64,000 nt of DNA, taken from assembly GCA_965372635.1 (NCBI GenBank), contig CBDVDA010000001.1:2860-66859 (forward strand). The letters run 5' to 3'. Each line of letters starts with the position of its first letter. Within the stretch, counting starts at the first letter, position 1. Made by a program: the position numbers and the translations under genes. This stretch comes from an uncultured bacterium. Lineage in GTDB: Bacteria; Desulfobacterota; JADFVX01. This document shows, piece by piece, positions 9,608 through 19,455 of the stretch. A model generated the notes under the pieces. The model was not told where the DNA came from and did not search any database. It saw only the letters and a list, made by a program, of their open reading frames with translations.

Positions 9608-12600
9608 TCAGGCTCCTTGCTCCAGCGGCTGAGGAGAGGCCGTCCGGCATATGACAGGATCTCTCTCTTCCGGTTTGTCCCTGTCTTTCAGCGTTTCTTC
9701 ATACTGTTTGAGGAAATAATCAATGGTCTCCACGCGGATTTTGATCGACCCGGAAGGTTTATTCTCATCGATATCGTGGAAGGTAAAATAGGGAGTTTGC
9801 GAGGCGTGGATGATCTTCTCCATAACGGAATAGATGGGGGCGTCGTGCCCGCACTTGAAGTTGGAGAGGTCGAGGGCTGCCAGGTTCGGGTGGCGCGCCA
9901 CATATTTTGCGGCCCAGAGTTTCCTGCTGCTGTTTTCACTGAAGGCGTTCAGCCAGACATCGCCGATCGATAGGGGCGAAGAGAGCAGACCCGCCCTCAT
10001 CTCTTCGCCGAAAAGCCGGTCCAGTATCGCCTCGTCTCTCGGGAGAGAATCGATAGTAAAAACGGGATAGCCCTTCTTTTGTATCTCCTCGACGATGCCG
10101 TGGTTCAGTCCCGGGTCGTTGTGATAGGGACGGCCGAGGAGAACGACGCCGGTGCGACCCTCCCTTTCCAATGTATGGAGAAGCTCCCGCCCCTTCGCGT
10201 TAAGGGAACCCTCGTAAGATTCAAGGGCGTTCCATCCGGCGAGGATGGCCCGCCTGTTATCCTTCCTTCCTATCTTGAGAATCGGTCCGAAGGCATTTAT
10301 CAATTGGTGTTCGAAGATGTCCGGTTCGGCCATGTTCAAAACGGGGGCAAGATAGCGGACGCCCTCTTTTAGAAAGAGGTCTTCATCTTTTGTAAAGGCG
10401 GCCCGGCAGACCTCGGGCGTGGCCTGAACGGTGGGGCAGGCGAGGCTGTCGAGGGTTCCTTCGAGCGGGCTCGGCAGGCTGATCAGAATGGGAAAAAAGA
10501 TAATATCCACTTCTTTTTCATAGAGCAGGTTGTGGATATGCGCCATGGCCGCCTTGCTCGGAAAACACTGGTCGATCGCCCCGCGCCGTGAGCCCTCTTT
10601 GAACATTTCCTCCTCTGTGAGGTCGGAAAAAAGGATGTCTTTGCTATCTATCCCGAGTGATTCCAGGTAGCCGATGAAGAAAGGGGCAACGGAAAAGAGG
10701 TTGAGCACCCTCGGGATGCCGATCTTGAGAGTTCGCTTCTCTCTTTTGAAAAGAGAAGGAAGAAAGCGTTTTTCTTCGGGCAGTGCCCGCCCCGTTTTAA
10801 AGACCTCCTCCGTCGCATGTAAAGAAAGGTTGGGATTGGCTTTTTTGACTTCATCGAGTTCCCTTTTCAGCACCAGCATTTCCGATTTTTCAACGGCATT
10901 CCCCTTCTCGCAGGGGGCGATAATATAACGCCGGTCCGGTTCTGTCTCCGTACCCAGGGAAAGATCGACAAAGGTGCGGAGACATTTGTTTTTGCAAAAA
11001 TAGCAGCGCGTCGTTTCGTCCCGCAGGGTGGAAAAACTGAGAGAATGAAGGGCATCGAAACCGATGAAGGAGGAGGTCGCTCCCCTCGCTTCCAGTGCCG
11101 CCCCGATGGCGCCGCTCTCGCCCGTGTGTGGGTGGATGAAAATTTCCGCATCGGGGACCCGTTCACGGATAAAATCGTGCTGGGCCTTGACGGCGGCCAG
11201 GTTCTTCTGCGTTCCCCCCTGGAGGACAAAACGCCGTCCCAGCTTTTTGAGGTTCGGCTCCTGTACGACGTAGAGCCAGATGTTTCGCGGCAGCACATTC
11301 GCCAGTCCCGCCAGTATCTCCTCCCGCCGCCAGCCGAGTTGCTGGAAATTGACGATGTCCGACTCCAGGAAAACGGCGCAGCCGAAGTTAAATTCGGGAA
11401 GCCTCCCCGCCTGGAAGGCTATTTTGGCGTAGTCCTCCACGTCATAGCCGAACTGTCTTGCCGTGCTTTGCAGGAAGTAGCCGTTCCCCGCTGAGCACTG
11501 CGTATTCAACCTGAAGTCGGTTACCCGCCCGTGGTTGAGAAGGATCACCTTGATGTCCTGCCCCCCCACGTCGCAGATGACGTCGATATCATCGAAATAG
11601 CGGAGCGCTGATTTCGTATGGGCCACTGTCTCTACGATTGCCACATCGGCTTGAAGCGCTTCTTTCAACATGTCTTTGGCATATCCCGTCGTTCCCACCC
11701 CACCAACTTCCAGATCGATGTTGGAGGCACGAAGATCGTCGCGGAGCATCTGCATTACCTGCTTCGTATCTTCTATGGGGTTCCCGGCAGAGAGGCGGTA
11801 GGCGCGGGCAATCACCTCCCCCTTGTCGTCAAGTACCACCCCTTTGGTGGAGGTGGACCCCCCGTCGATACCGATATAACCCCGAAGCCGCCCCTTCGAC
11901 CCCTTCGGGGCCTTTTTTCTGTCGAAGTCGGGTAGTTGGTAGCGGGCGGTGAAGGCCGCCTCTTCCTCTTTGTTTTGGAAAAATCCCTCGCTGCCCGAAT
12001 GTTTGAGCCTACTCCCTTCCTCGACGAAATGCTTCAGCTTCCCGCTTCCCTCGTAGCGTCCCTCCTCTTCCGTCGCCTCCCCGAAGATAACGGAGCCTAT
12101 TGCGGCGAAAAACTCGGCGTCGGCAGGAATCCGGATCAACTCTTCCGGATCATCCTCTCCAAAGTCGAACTCTCTTTCTTTCCAGAGTTTCGGAATATTG
12201 CGCCGCCAGGCCGCAGCCAACGCAGGGATAAAGGTGTGTGGGCCGCCGAGAAGGAGCACATTGGGCAGGAGCACGTTGCCCCGAACGAGAACGCTCAGGT
12301 TTTGTTGCACAATCGCCTCGAAGAGAGAGTTCATCAATTCTCCGGCGGGAACGCCCTGCTTCTGGAGCGAGTTGATGTCCGTTTCGGCAAAAACGCCGCA
12401 GCGGGCGGCAACGGGGTGGAGCCGCTTTCCGTCGGAGGTGAGTTTTCCGATCTCTTCGGAGGTCATTCCAAGCTTCGCCCCGATTTTGTCGATTACCGCT
12501 CCTGTTCCACCGGCGCACTTGTCGTTCATGGTGGGAAGCTTGATCTTCTTCCCGCTCTTTTCGTTATAGATCCAGAAGATGATCTTCGAATCCTGTCCGC

Positions 12601-12937
12601 CGATCTCGATGATCGATCCCGTTTCGGGGTAAAACCGCTCCACGGCAAGAGCGATGGCGTTTACTTCCTGTACAAAGCGCGCACCGATGAGCGGCGCGAG
12701 AATACCACCGCCGCTGCCTGTGATGAAGGCTTTTGTTTTGTTCGGAGTGAGGTCGAACCGGTCTTCGATTTCCCGGAGGAAGGCGAGGAGGGTTTCCGGC
12801 TGGCGCGTCTCATGGCGGCGGTAGGCCCGCCAGAGCACCTCGTCTGTTTCGGGGTTCATGACGACCGCCTTAACCGTCGTCGATCCCACGTCGAGGCCGA
12901 GGATCAATTCGCTATAATCGGATTGTTTGTTTTTCAT
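9608..12937 (-). CDS. Giant fused CoA-substrate-specific enzyme activase (two BadF/BadG/BcrA/BcrD-type ATPase modules plus dehydratase-like region)
   Basis: N-terminus LILGLDVGSTTVKAVVMN and a second IGIDGGSTSTKGVVLD acetate/sugar-kinase-fold ATPase motif. A cysteine motif CYFCKNKC is present. Start chosen at MKNKQSDY. Confidence 0.75.
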   Translation of the reverse strand: MKNKQSDYSELILGLDVGSTTVKAVVMNPETDEVLWRAYRRHETRQPETLLAFLREIEDRFDLTPNKTKAFITGSGGGILAPLIGARFVQEVNAIALAVERFYPETGSIIEIGGQDSKIIFWIYNEKSGKKIKLPTMNDKCAGGTGAVIDKIGAKLGMTSEEIGKLTSDGKRLHPVAARCGVFAETDINSLQKQGVPAGELMNSLFEAIVQQNLSVLVRGNVLLPNVLLLGGPHTFIPALAAAWRRNIPKLWKEREFDFGEDDPEELIRIPADAEFFAAIGSVIFGEATEEEGRYEGSGKLKHFVEEGSRLKHSGSEGFFQNKEEEAAFTARYQLPDFDRKKAPKGSKGRLRGYIGIDGGSTSTKGVVLDDKGEVIARAYRLSAGNPIEDTKQVMQMLRDDLRASNIDLEVGGVGTTGYAKDMLKEALQADVAIVETVAHTKSALRYFDDIDVICDVGGQDIKVILLNHGRVTDFRLNTQCSAGNGYFLQSTARQFGYDVEDYAKIAFQAGRLPEFNFGCAVFLESDIVNFQQLGWRREEILAGLANVLPRNIWLYVVQEPNLKKLGRRFVLQGGTQKNLAAVKAQHDFIRERVPDAEIFIHPHTGESGAIGAALEARGATSSFIGFDALHSLSFSTLRDETTRCYFCKNKCLRTFVDLSLGTETEPDRRYIIAPCEKGNAVEKSEMLVLKRELDEVKKANPNLSLHATEEVFKTGRALPEEKRFLPSLFKREKRTLKIGIPRVLNLFSVAPFFIGYLESLGIDSKDILFSDLTEEEMFKEGSRRGAIDQCFPSKAAMAHIHNLLYEKEVDIIFFPILISLPSPLEGTLDSLACPTVQATPEVCRAAFTKDEDLFLKEGVRYLAPVLNMAEPDIFEHQLINAFGPILKIGRKDNRRAILAGWNALESYEGSLNAKGRELLHTLEREGRTGVVLLGRPYHNDPGLNHGIVEEIQKKGYPVFTIDSLPRDEAILDRLFGEEMRAGLLSSPLSIGDVWLNAFSENSSRKLWAAKYVARHPNLAALDLSNFKCGHDAPIYSVMEKIIHASQTPYFTFHDIDENKPSGSIKIRVETIDYFLKQYEETLKDRDKPEERDPVICRTASPQPLEQGA

Positions 12938-13076
12938 CGGGATGATTGCTAAATATGAAAAATTAGAGGCCCTACCCAAACTCCATGATTTTTGTTACGC
13001 AATTATAGAGTAGAGGGCATGAGATGGCAAACAAGTTTTGAGGTCTAACGGTTTGCGTCATTGTAAAGTACACTAT

Positions 13077-13103
13077 ATAAAAAAGCGCACCGTTGCGGCG
13101 CGC
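13077..13103 (-). terminator. Rho-independent terminator after the spy-like/small membrane protein operon
   Basis: GC-rich hairpin GCGC(A)CCG-TTG-CGG(C)GCGC. On the minus strand it is followed by a run of six T's. Confidence 0.5.
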
Positions 13104-13156
13104 AATTAATAGGAGAGAGGTGTTACCCTCTCGTTTGGAGGCTGTTTTTAGGGGCC

Positions 13157-13399
13157 TTAGTCTTCTTTCGTTTTCGAATCGGCAATCTTCTCGACCGCCT
13201 TTGCGATCCTGAAAAGAAGCCAGAAGAAAAGCACGATCACTCCGATGCAGATAAGCCCGGAGAGGGCGCATGCCAGCCACCCGCCTGCTGCGACGGGACA
13301 GGCGCTGCCGCCGATTCTCCCGAAAGCGAAGGCTGCCGGGGCGCTTAGCAGCACGCCCGCAAGGCCTGCCGTTATTCCATAGAGCTTTTTCATTTTCAT
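13157..13399 (-). CDS. Small secreted/membrane protein (80 aa, signal peptide plus C-terminal TM)
   Basis: MKMKKLYGITAGLAGVLLSAPAAFA..., then a hydrophobic helix. Starts 7 nt after the upstream gene's stop. Confidence 0.45.
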   Translation of the reverse strand: MKMKKLYGITAGLAGVLLSAPAAFAFGRIGGSACPVAAGGWLACALSGLICIGVIVLFFWLLFRIAKAVEKIADSKTKED

Positions 13400-13405
13400 T
13401 CTCCT

Positions 13406-13858
13406 TTAGTGGGGCCTTAAATCTTTGACCCTCTCTTTTTGCCTGTCATTGAGAACCATCATCGCCTCGGCCTTGGTCCTGATATGCCGGATGCGAAGCT
13501 TGTTCTGCAGTTCCGATATCTCCTTTATCTTCACCTCCGCCGCCTTTTGGTCAAAGGACTCGCTCTTCATGATCTGGTCCAGATCCATCTTGGCGACTCT
13601 CAGTCTCGCCTTTTCCACTACGCAGAACTTGTCGCAGTCCCCCTTGATGTTTCTCAGCTTTTCGACCTGCGCCTTGGTGAGGCCTAGCTTTTCGGCGTTC
13701 ATCAGGTAGAGGTGGTTTTCGCGTGTTTTGTCATCGCATTCGAGAAGCAATCCGTGGGTGTTGACGTCGCGCGTGTCGTCGATGGCCAGTGCGGTTAAAG
13801 GCGAAAGACCGATAACTCCCGAAAAGAGAAGTAATAAACTGAGCTTTTTGATCATCAT
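13406..13858 (-). CDS. Periplasmic Spy/CpxP-family (LTXXQ motif) protein
   Basis: Signal peptide and LTXXQ-like motifs (LGLTKAQVEKL, LNDRQKERV) in a helical periplasmic protein of 150 aa. Confidence 0.65.
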   Translation of the reverse strand: MMIKKLSLLLLFSGVIGLSPLTALAIDDTRDVNTHGLLLECDDKTRENHLYLMNAEKLGLTKAQVEKLRNIKGDCDKFCVVEKARLRVAKMDLDQIMKSESFDQKAAEVKIKEISELQNKLRIRHIRTKAEAMMVLNDRQKERVKDLRPH

Positions 13859-14073
13859 GTCCTCCGATTCGAAGTCTTTTTTAAGCGGGCCGACACATCG
13901 GCCTGATTTTTAGATGCTCAAACGCTGCTCAAGGTGCAGTTTTTTCTTACTTTTAAAGTATAGCAGCAGATCGAAGCATTGCAAGTTTGCCGGGCCGATT
14001 TTTTAAAATGGTTTCAGAGGAAATCCTGTGCTATTATTGGCGCGCAGGAGAGGAAAAAACAGGGACGGAAGCC

Positions 14074-15789
14074 ATGAAAGAACAAGAAGAGGACAAGAGG
14101 GAAGGCAGCGAAGCTGCGCCGTCTAACTTTATCCGGCAGGTTATCGACAAAGACCTGGAAACGGGAAAGAATGATGGGCGCGTAGTCACCCGCTTCCCCC
14201 CCGAGCCGAACGGCTACCTCCACATCGGCCACGCCAAATCGATCTGCCTCAACTTCGGCCTTGCAGGCCGCTACGGCGGCGTCTGCCATCTCCGCTTTGA
14301 CGACACCAACCCGACGAAGGAAGAGGCGGAGTACGTCTACGCCATTATTGAGGATGTAAAGTGGCTCGGTTTCGACTGGGAGAATCATCTCTACTACGCC
14401 TCCGATTATTTTGAAAAGATGTACGACTTTGCCGTTACGCTTATAAAAAAGGGGAAGGCTTACGTCTGTAGCTTAAGCGCCGACGAGATGCGGGAATACC
14501 GGGGCACCCTCACCGAACCGGGACGGGAAAGCCCACACCGGAACCGGAGCGTGGAGGAAAACCTCACCCTCTTCAAGCAGATGAGGAAGGGGGAATTCCC
14601 CGACGGCTCGCATGTGCTTCGCGCGAAGATCGACATGGCGTCGCCCAACCTGAATATGCGCGACCCTGTCCTCTACCGCATCCAGAAGGCGAACCACCAC
14701 CGAACGGGCGATACGTGGTGCATCTACCCCATGTACGACTTCGCCCACTGCCTCGAAGACGCCATCGAGGGGATTACCCATTCCATCTGCACCCTCGAAT
14801 TCGAAGACCACCGCCCTCTCTACGACTGGGTACTCGACGAGGTAGGCACGAAGTGCCACCCACAACAGATCGAATTTGCACGGCTGAATTTGAGCTATAC
14901 CGTTATGAGCAAGCGGAAGCTGCTCCAGCTTGTGAATGAAGGGCATGTGAGCGGCTGGGACGACCCCCGCATGCCGACACTGGCGGGCTTAAGAAGGCGG
15001 GGTTTTCCACCCTCTGCGGTGAGGGATTTTTGCGAGCGCATCGGCGTGGCGAAGGCGAACAGCACCGTCGATATCGCTCTGCTGGAGCACTGCGTTCGTG
15101 AGGAGTTGAACGAATCGGCGCCCCGCGCCATGGGGGTTTTGAACCCGCTCAAGGTGATTATCACCAACTACCCGGAAGGAAAGATGGAGGAGATGGAGGT
15201 GCCGAACCACCCGGCCAGTCCGGAGATGGGGACGCGTAAGGTCTCTTTTTCGAAGACGATCTACATTGAGGCCGATGACTTCATGGAGGAACCGGCGAAG
15301 AAATTCTTTCGCCTCGCGCCGGGGAAAGAGGTTCGGCTTCGGTCCGCCTATTTCATCAAGTGCGAAGAGGTGGTAAAGGATGAAACAACGGGGGAGATAA
15401 AAGAGCTTTTATGCACCTACGACCCTGCGTCGCGCGGCGGCGCCTCACCCGACGGCAGGAAGGTGAAGGGGACGCTCCACTGGGTTTCGGTCGACCACTC
15501 AGTCGAGGCGACGGTACGGCTCTACGACCGGCTTTTTCTGACGGAAAATCCGGGAAGTGATAAGAAGACCGATTTCAGGGAAGAGGTCAATCCCGATGCT
15601 CTGGTAACGCTCGCGAATTGTCGCATCGAGCCGGGCCTCAAGGATGCCGCGCCCGGTTCGCGCTTCCAGTTCGAACGGCAGGGCTACTTTTCAGTCGATA
15701 GTGATTCAAAGAGTGACAAGCCGGTTTTTAACCGGATCGTGCCGCTTCGCGATACTTGGGGAAAGGTGAGCGGGGCACCTGCCAGGTAG
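14074..15789 (+). CDS. glnS: Glutaminyl-tRNA synthetase
   Basis: HIGH motif ([14 protein letters not shown]), VMSKR (KMSKS), and an N-terminus [12 protein letters not shown] matching GlnS. Start set at MKEQ (14074), which has an AGGGA RBS. Confidence 0.9.
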   Translation: MKEQEEDKREGSEAAPSNFIRQVIDKDLETGKNDGRVVTRFPPEPNGYLHIGHAKSICLNFGLAGRYGGVCHLRFDDTNPTKEEAEYVYAIIEDVKWLGFDWENHLYYASDYFEKMYDFAVTLIKKGKAYVCSLSADEMREYRGTLTEPGRESPHRNRSVEENLTLFKQMRKGEFPDGSHVLRAKIDMASPNLNMRDPVLYRIQKANHHRTGDTWCIYPMYDFAHCLEDAIEGITHSICTLEFEDHRPLYDWVLDEVGTKCHPQQIEFARLNLSYTVMSKRKLLQLVNEGHVSGWDDPRMPTLAGLRRRGFPPSAVRDFCERIGVAKANSTVDIALLEHCVREELNESAPRAMGVLNPLKVIITNYPEGKMEEMEVPNHPASPEMGTRKVSFSKTIYIEADDFMEEPAKKFFRLAPGKEVRLRSAYFIKCEEVVKDETTGEIKELLCTYDPASRGGASPDGRKVKGTLHWVSVDHSVEATVRLYDRLFLTENPGSDKKTDFREEVNPDALVTLANCRIEPGLKDAAPGSRFQFERQGYFSVDSDSKSDKPVFNRIVPLRDTWGKVSGAPAR

Positions 15790-15804
15790 CCCAACGTAGC
15801 AACA

Positions 15805-15893
15805 ATTTTTATTGTAGGGGCGGCCCTTGTGTCCGCCCTTTTTGCCAGCATTTAAAGGGCAACCACGAGGGTTTGCCCCTACGCAGACATTCC
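15805..15893. repeat. REP-like composite palindromic element, copy A. GTAGGGGC...GCCC-TTTTT terminator-like hairpin, then GGGCAAC..TTGCCC hairpin, then CTACG.
   Basis: Same family as 17069-17212 and 19147-19365. The ORF-track start at 15827 falls inside this repeat. Confidence 0.7.
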
Positions 15894-15955
15894 ATCAAAT
15901 AAGCGAGGGGGCAACCTATTTCATTCCATTACATCTTATCTCAAAAGATAAAATT

Positions 15956-17026
15956 ATGATTGATGGCAAAAACAGAGACATAAAAAGAAAGGCTTTTTTC
16001 TGCAAAAAAATATTAACCCAGGCGATGTTTGTTACTTTTATTGCCTTACTTCACCTGTCTCTGTCGCCGCTAATAGCTTTTTCATTTGAAACAAATCCTT
16101 CAAAACAAAATCAACCTCTTGAAATAAACCGGGAGGAAAAGAAACAGGGAGTCTTTAAAAGAACCTTTGGTTTGATAGAAACCTTTCAGGAAAATTTTTC
16201 GAAAGGCATAACGTCTACGGGTGATAAAATAGACACATTTTTTGGAGGTGAGAGGGTTATCCAGGAGTCAAACGGGAGTTTTGTTCGGTTGAGACTGGGC
16301 ACTGTTTACGCCAGGGGAGGAGAAGTTTTTTTTGAAAGAGACATAAAGCTGAAAATTGCAATCCCGAAGACTAAGGACAGACTTAAGCTGATGATAGGAG
16401 ATGAACCTGAAGATGAAAACAGGGAGTTTAAAAACTTATCCGACACTTTGGATTCATCTACGGTAAAGGAAGAATCTGTTGGCCTTGGGTACATTCTTAA
16501 GGCTAAAAAAGCTTTGAATATAAGCGTCAGTGCCGGGGCAAGATATCATAACGGGGTAGACTACTATTCAAAGGTGAGGAGCAGAAAATCTTTTTATCCT
16601 GGAAAGTGGGAACTCAGGATATCAGAAATACCATTTTGGACACGGTTCAGAGGATACGGGGCAACAACGGGAATCGATTTTGAGCGGAAGCTGGGTGAAA
16701 ACCTGTTTTTCAGGGCTTCCAGCAGCGCTACCTGGCATGACGATACGGAGGCCTACGAGCTTGCTCAAAACCTTACTCTGTTTCAGCAGTTAAGCAACCG
16801 GAACATGATGGCTTACAACGTCGGCGCCTTCGGGGGAAGAAGCGGCGGCGTGACTTACGTCACGGAATATGCCGCTTCGATTATTTTCAGGAGAAACATC
16901 TATAAGAACTGGCTTTTTGGGGAAATTCAGCCAAGGGCTCTGTTCCAGAAGAGTGATGGCTTTGATCTTTACCCCTCCATAACGGCAAGACTGGAAGTGG
17001 TTTTCGGAAAACCATCAGGGAAATAA
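15956..17026 (+). CDS. Hypothetical secreted beta-rich protein (possible outer-membrane beta-barrel), low GC
   Basis: Start moved downstream of the REP element to MIDGKNRD or to the signal-peptide-like MFVTFIALLHLSLSPLIAFS. Alternating hydrophobic pattern and AT-rich composition. Flanked by REP-like repeats on both sides. Confidence 0.55.
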   Translation: MIDGKNRDIKRKAFFCKKILTQAMFVTFIALLHLSLSPLIAFSFETNPSKQNQPLEINREEKKQGVFKRTFGLIETFQENFSKGITSTGDKIDTFFGGERVIQESNGSFVRLRLGTVYARGGEVFFERDIKLKIAIPKTKDRLKLMIGDEPEDENREFKNLSDTLDSSTVKEESVGLGYILKAKKALNISVSAGARYHNGVDYYSKVRSRKSFYPGKWELRISEIPFWTRFRGYGATTGIDFERKLGENLFFRASSSATWHDDTEAYELAQNLTLFQQLSNRNMMAYNVGAFGGRSGGVTYVTEYAASIIFRRNIYKNWLFGEIQPRALFQKSDGFDLYPSITARLEVVFGKPSGK

Positions 17027-17068
17027 TCTGTCGAACGGTTCGATAGCCAGCCCGACGGATCAACAAAG

Positions 17069-17212
17069 ATTTATTGTAGGGGCGCACCCATGTGTGCGCC
17101 CTTTTTTGCCAGTATTTGGGCAGACACGCGGGTCTGCCCCTACGCAAGATTTTTTGTGTAGAGGCGGCCCTTTTCGATACTTAACAGGGCAACCACAAGG
17201 GATTGCCCCTAC
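17069..17212. repeat. REP-like palindromic elements, copy B (about 1.5-2 units) between convergent genes
   Basis: GTAGGGGCGCACCCATGTGTGCGCCCTTTTTTGCCAGTATTTGGGCAGACACGCGGGTCTGCCCCTACG plus a second partial unit. The first hairpin followed by T6 looks like a bidirectional terminator. Confidence 0.7.
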
Positions 17213-17228
17213 ACCTGCTGGAGCATCC

Positions 17229-18545
17229 CTATAGAAAGAAACTGAAAAACCCCGCATAAACCAGACTCACCACAATCAGGCTGACCAGCATTGTGGGAAG
17301 CCCGATTCTAAGCCACTGCATCGGGGTAATCCGCGCATCAGGCATACCGCATTCTTCTGATTCTGTTACCGCAATAATATTGGCCGTTGCGCCGATATGG
17401 GTGCCGTTCCCACCTACACCGACGCCTATGGCAAGCGCCCACCAGAGCGGCGTTATATTTACGCCCTGGCTTTCCAGACCGACGATAATCGGTATCATGG
17501 TTACTGTGAAAGGGATGTTGTCTATGACGGCGCTAAGCAGCGCCGACGTCCAGATAATAAAAAGGGATGTGGCAAGCAGCATCCCCGGTTGTCCCGCCAT
17601 AAGGGCCACTTTTTTTCCTATCAGGTTAAGGAGTCCCGAACCTTCAACTCCGCCTACCATGACGAAGAGGCCTGCAAAGAAAAAAAGCACCGACCAGTTT
17701 ACCTCTCCAAACATACTGTCCGGTTTCGGCCTTAACAGGATCAGAGCCAGTGAAAGTCCTATAAAGGTAACAAAGGCGGGGTAGAGGTGCAGCTTATGGT
17801 GTATAAAGAAAAGAAGCACTATGAGGCCTAGAGAAAGGAGCGCCCTAAACAGGGCGGACGGGTCTTTTATGGCCTTGCTTTCATCCAGGTCTATTGACCG
17901 ATCAGTTTTTACAGCGAGTTCCTTTCGAAACATGAAAAGAATGAGGCCTATCGTCGTCAGCCAGAGGAGCAGCATAGGAGGCGCCATGTGTATCAAAAAG
18001 GGGGTAAAATCTATGCCTCCTGCGCTGCCGATCATGAGGTTTGGCGGGTCTCCAACCAGTGTGGCTGCACCGCCGATGTTGGAAAGCATCGCCTCTGCCA
18101 ACAGGTAGGGCATGGGATTAAGATTCAGGATTCGGGTTATGAGGACTGTAAGGGGAGCGAATATTATTATGGTAGTCACATTATCAATCACCATGCTTAT
18201 CAAGCTGACGGCGAGACAGAGATAAACAAGCAGTAATCTGCTGTTCCCTTTTGCCAGCCTGGCAATGCGTATGGCAGCGTATTCGAAGGCCCCCGTTGGA
18301 CGCAACATGGATACAACCATCATCATCCCCGTCAGGAGCAGCAGCGTATTGGCGTCTATCGCCCTGATAGCCGCCTCCTGGGAGTAAAAACCGGCTTTCA
18401 TTCCAACAATAATCATGACTACAGAACCTATAATGGCAGCGCTTGTCCGGTGGATGATTTCGCTGAAGATCACAATATAGGAGACAAGAAGTATGGCTAC
18501 GGCCAGGAGCATGTTGCTTGTGAGGGCAGGCTGGAGGGTTTCCAT
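17229..18545 (-). CDS. ArsB/NhaD-superfamily ion transporter (SLC13/citrate-transporter-like permease)
   Basis: About 12 TM helices and an IDNVTTIIIFAP-type motif. 438 aa. Confidence 0.75.
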   Translation of the reverse strand: METLQPALTSNMLLAVAILLVSYIVIFSEIIHRTSAAIIGSVVMIIVGMKAGFYSQEAAIRAIDANTLLLLTGMMMVVSMLRPTGAFEYAAIRIARLAKGNSRLLLVYLCLAVSLISMVIDNVTTIIIFAPLTVLITRILNLNPMPYLLAEAMLSNIGGAATLVGDPPNLMIGSAGGIDFTPFLIHMAPPMLLLWLTTIGLILFMFRKELAVKTDRSIDLDESKAIKDPSALFRALLSLGLIVLLFFIHHKLHLYPAFVTFIGLSLALILLRPKPDSMFGEVNWSVLFFFAGLFVMVGGVEGSGLLNLIGKKVALMAGQPGMLLATSLFIIWTSALLSAVIDNIPFTVTMIPIIVGLESQGVNITPLWWALAIGVGVGGNGTHIGATANIIAVTESEECGMPDARITPMQWLRIGLPTMLVSLIVVSLVYAGFFSFFL

Positions 18546-18548
18546 TGG

Positions 18549-19001
18549 TCAGAGTTCCCTGTTTTTAAGCATAAGACTGGCGATGCCCATGCGGGTGACT
18601 ATCCCTTCATAAACGCCTTCGTCTATAAGAAAGACATAGCCGGAATTATACTTTTCCATGATAGAGAGTGCCTTGACTAGGGGAGATGAGGCGCTTACGG
18701 TGGCGATGTTTTCGAGTACGAAGGATTCGACAGGCATATCGAGTAATTTTTTAACCTCAATTTTCGAGGTGGAAAGATGCCAGATATCATCGCCGAGAAG
18801 ATGGGCGGCCTTGACCATATAGCCGGGCGTAGCTGAAACCTTGAATGCATGGCGCATGGAGACCCGCCCTACAACCTTGTTGTTTTCATCGCAAAAGGGT
18901 ATGCCGGGTACGTTCTGTTTTACGCACTCTTCAAAGACCTCACCTATGGTCATGCCGGTCTTTGCCACAGCTGTTGGGATGACAATATCGAGCAGTTCCA
19001 T
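18549..19001 (-). CDS. CBS-domain pair protein
   Basis: 150 aa with two CBS-like modules. Its stop abuts the transporter start, so it is likely an operon regulatory subunit. Confidence 0.7.
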   Translation of the reverse strand: MELLDIVIPTAVAKTGMTIGEVFEECVKQNVPGIPFCDENNKVVGRVSMRHAFKVSATPGYMVKAAHLLGDDIWHLSTSKIEVKKLLDMPVESFVLENIATVSASSPLVKALSIMEKYNSGYVFLIDEGVYEGIVTRMGIASLMLKNREL

Positions 19002-19146
19002 TCCTTCTCCTTTCTCATTAAACGATATAGATTAATTCTACTAGAGAATGTGCAGATAAGCAAAAAAGGAGAAGAGAGGGGATGGAGGAGGATATGTAGA
19101 GGCTTGGCCTGCCAAGCCCTCAACGTAGATGCCATCAGACAATCAT

Positions 19147-19365
19147 GGGCAAGGCAGGCCATTGCCCCTACGAGTTTATCCGGTTAATATCTCGTTTGTT
19201 TTGTAGGGGCGTCACCCATGTGTGCGCCCATCTTTGCAATATTTCAAGGGCAGATACACGGGTCTGCCCCTACGAGTTCATCCGGTTAACAATACGTTTA
19301 TTTTATTGTAGGGGCGGCCCTTGTGGCCGCCTTTTTCGGTACCTGTCAGGGCAACCACTGTAGCA
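19147..19365. repeat. Tandem REP-like palindromic elements, copy C (about 2.5 units, period about 105 nt)
   Basis: Repeated ...CCCCTACGAGTT(T/C)ATCCGGTTAA...TTGTAGGGGCG..CCC...GGGCA....TGCCCCTAC. The ORF-track peptides in this region are translations of the repeat. Confidence 0.7.
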
Positions 19366-19373
19366 AAAAATGT

Positions 19374-19402
19374 TTGCAAAGGATGATTTCGGGGTATAGA
19401 AT
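19374..19402 (+). promoter_or_regulatory. Strong sigma70-like promoter (TTGCAA-N17-TAGAAT)
   Basis: -35 TTGCAA at 19374-19379, 17-nt spacer, -10 TAGAAT at 19397-19402. About 50 nt upstream of a strong terminator. Confidence 0.5.
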
Positions 19403-19455
19403 GAAGGCCGAATGTCGGGGTGGACCTGCTTTACATCAATGCGTGAATCCTCAAA

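Noticed and set aside
15827-15955. Annotated start of the 399-aa ORF at 15827
   Set aside because: The first 43 codons lie inside REP element copy A, which is a DNA palindrome. The start was moved to internal Met codons.
19147-19365. CRISPR array
   Set aside because: The repeats are about 70-105 nt, imperfect and contiguous with no unique spacers of uniform length. No cas genes are present.
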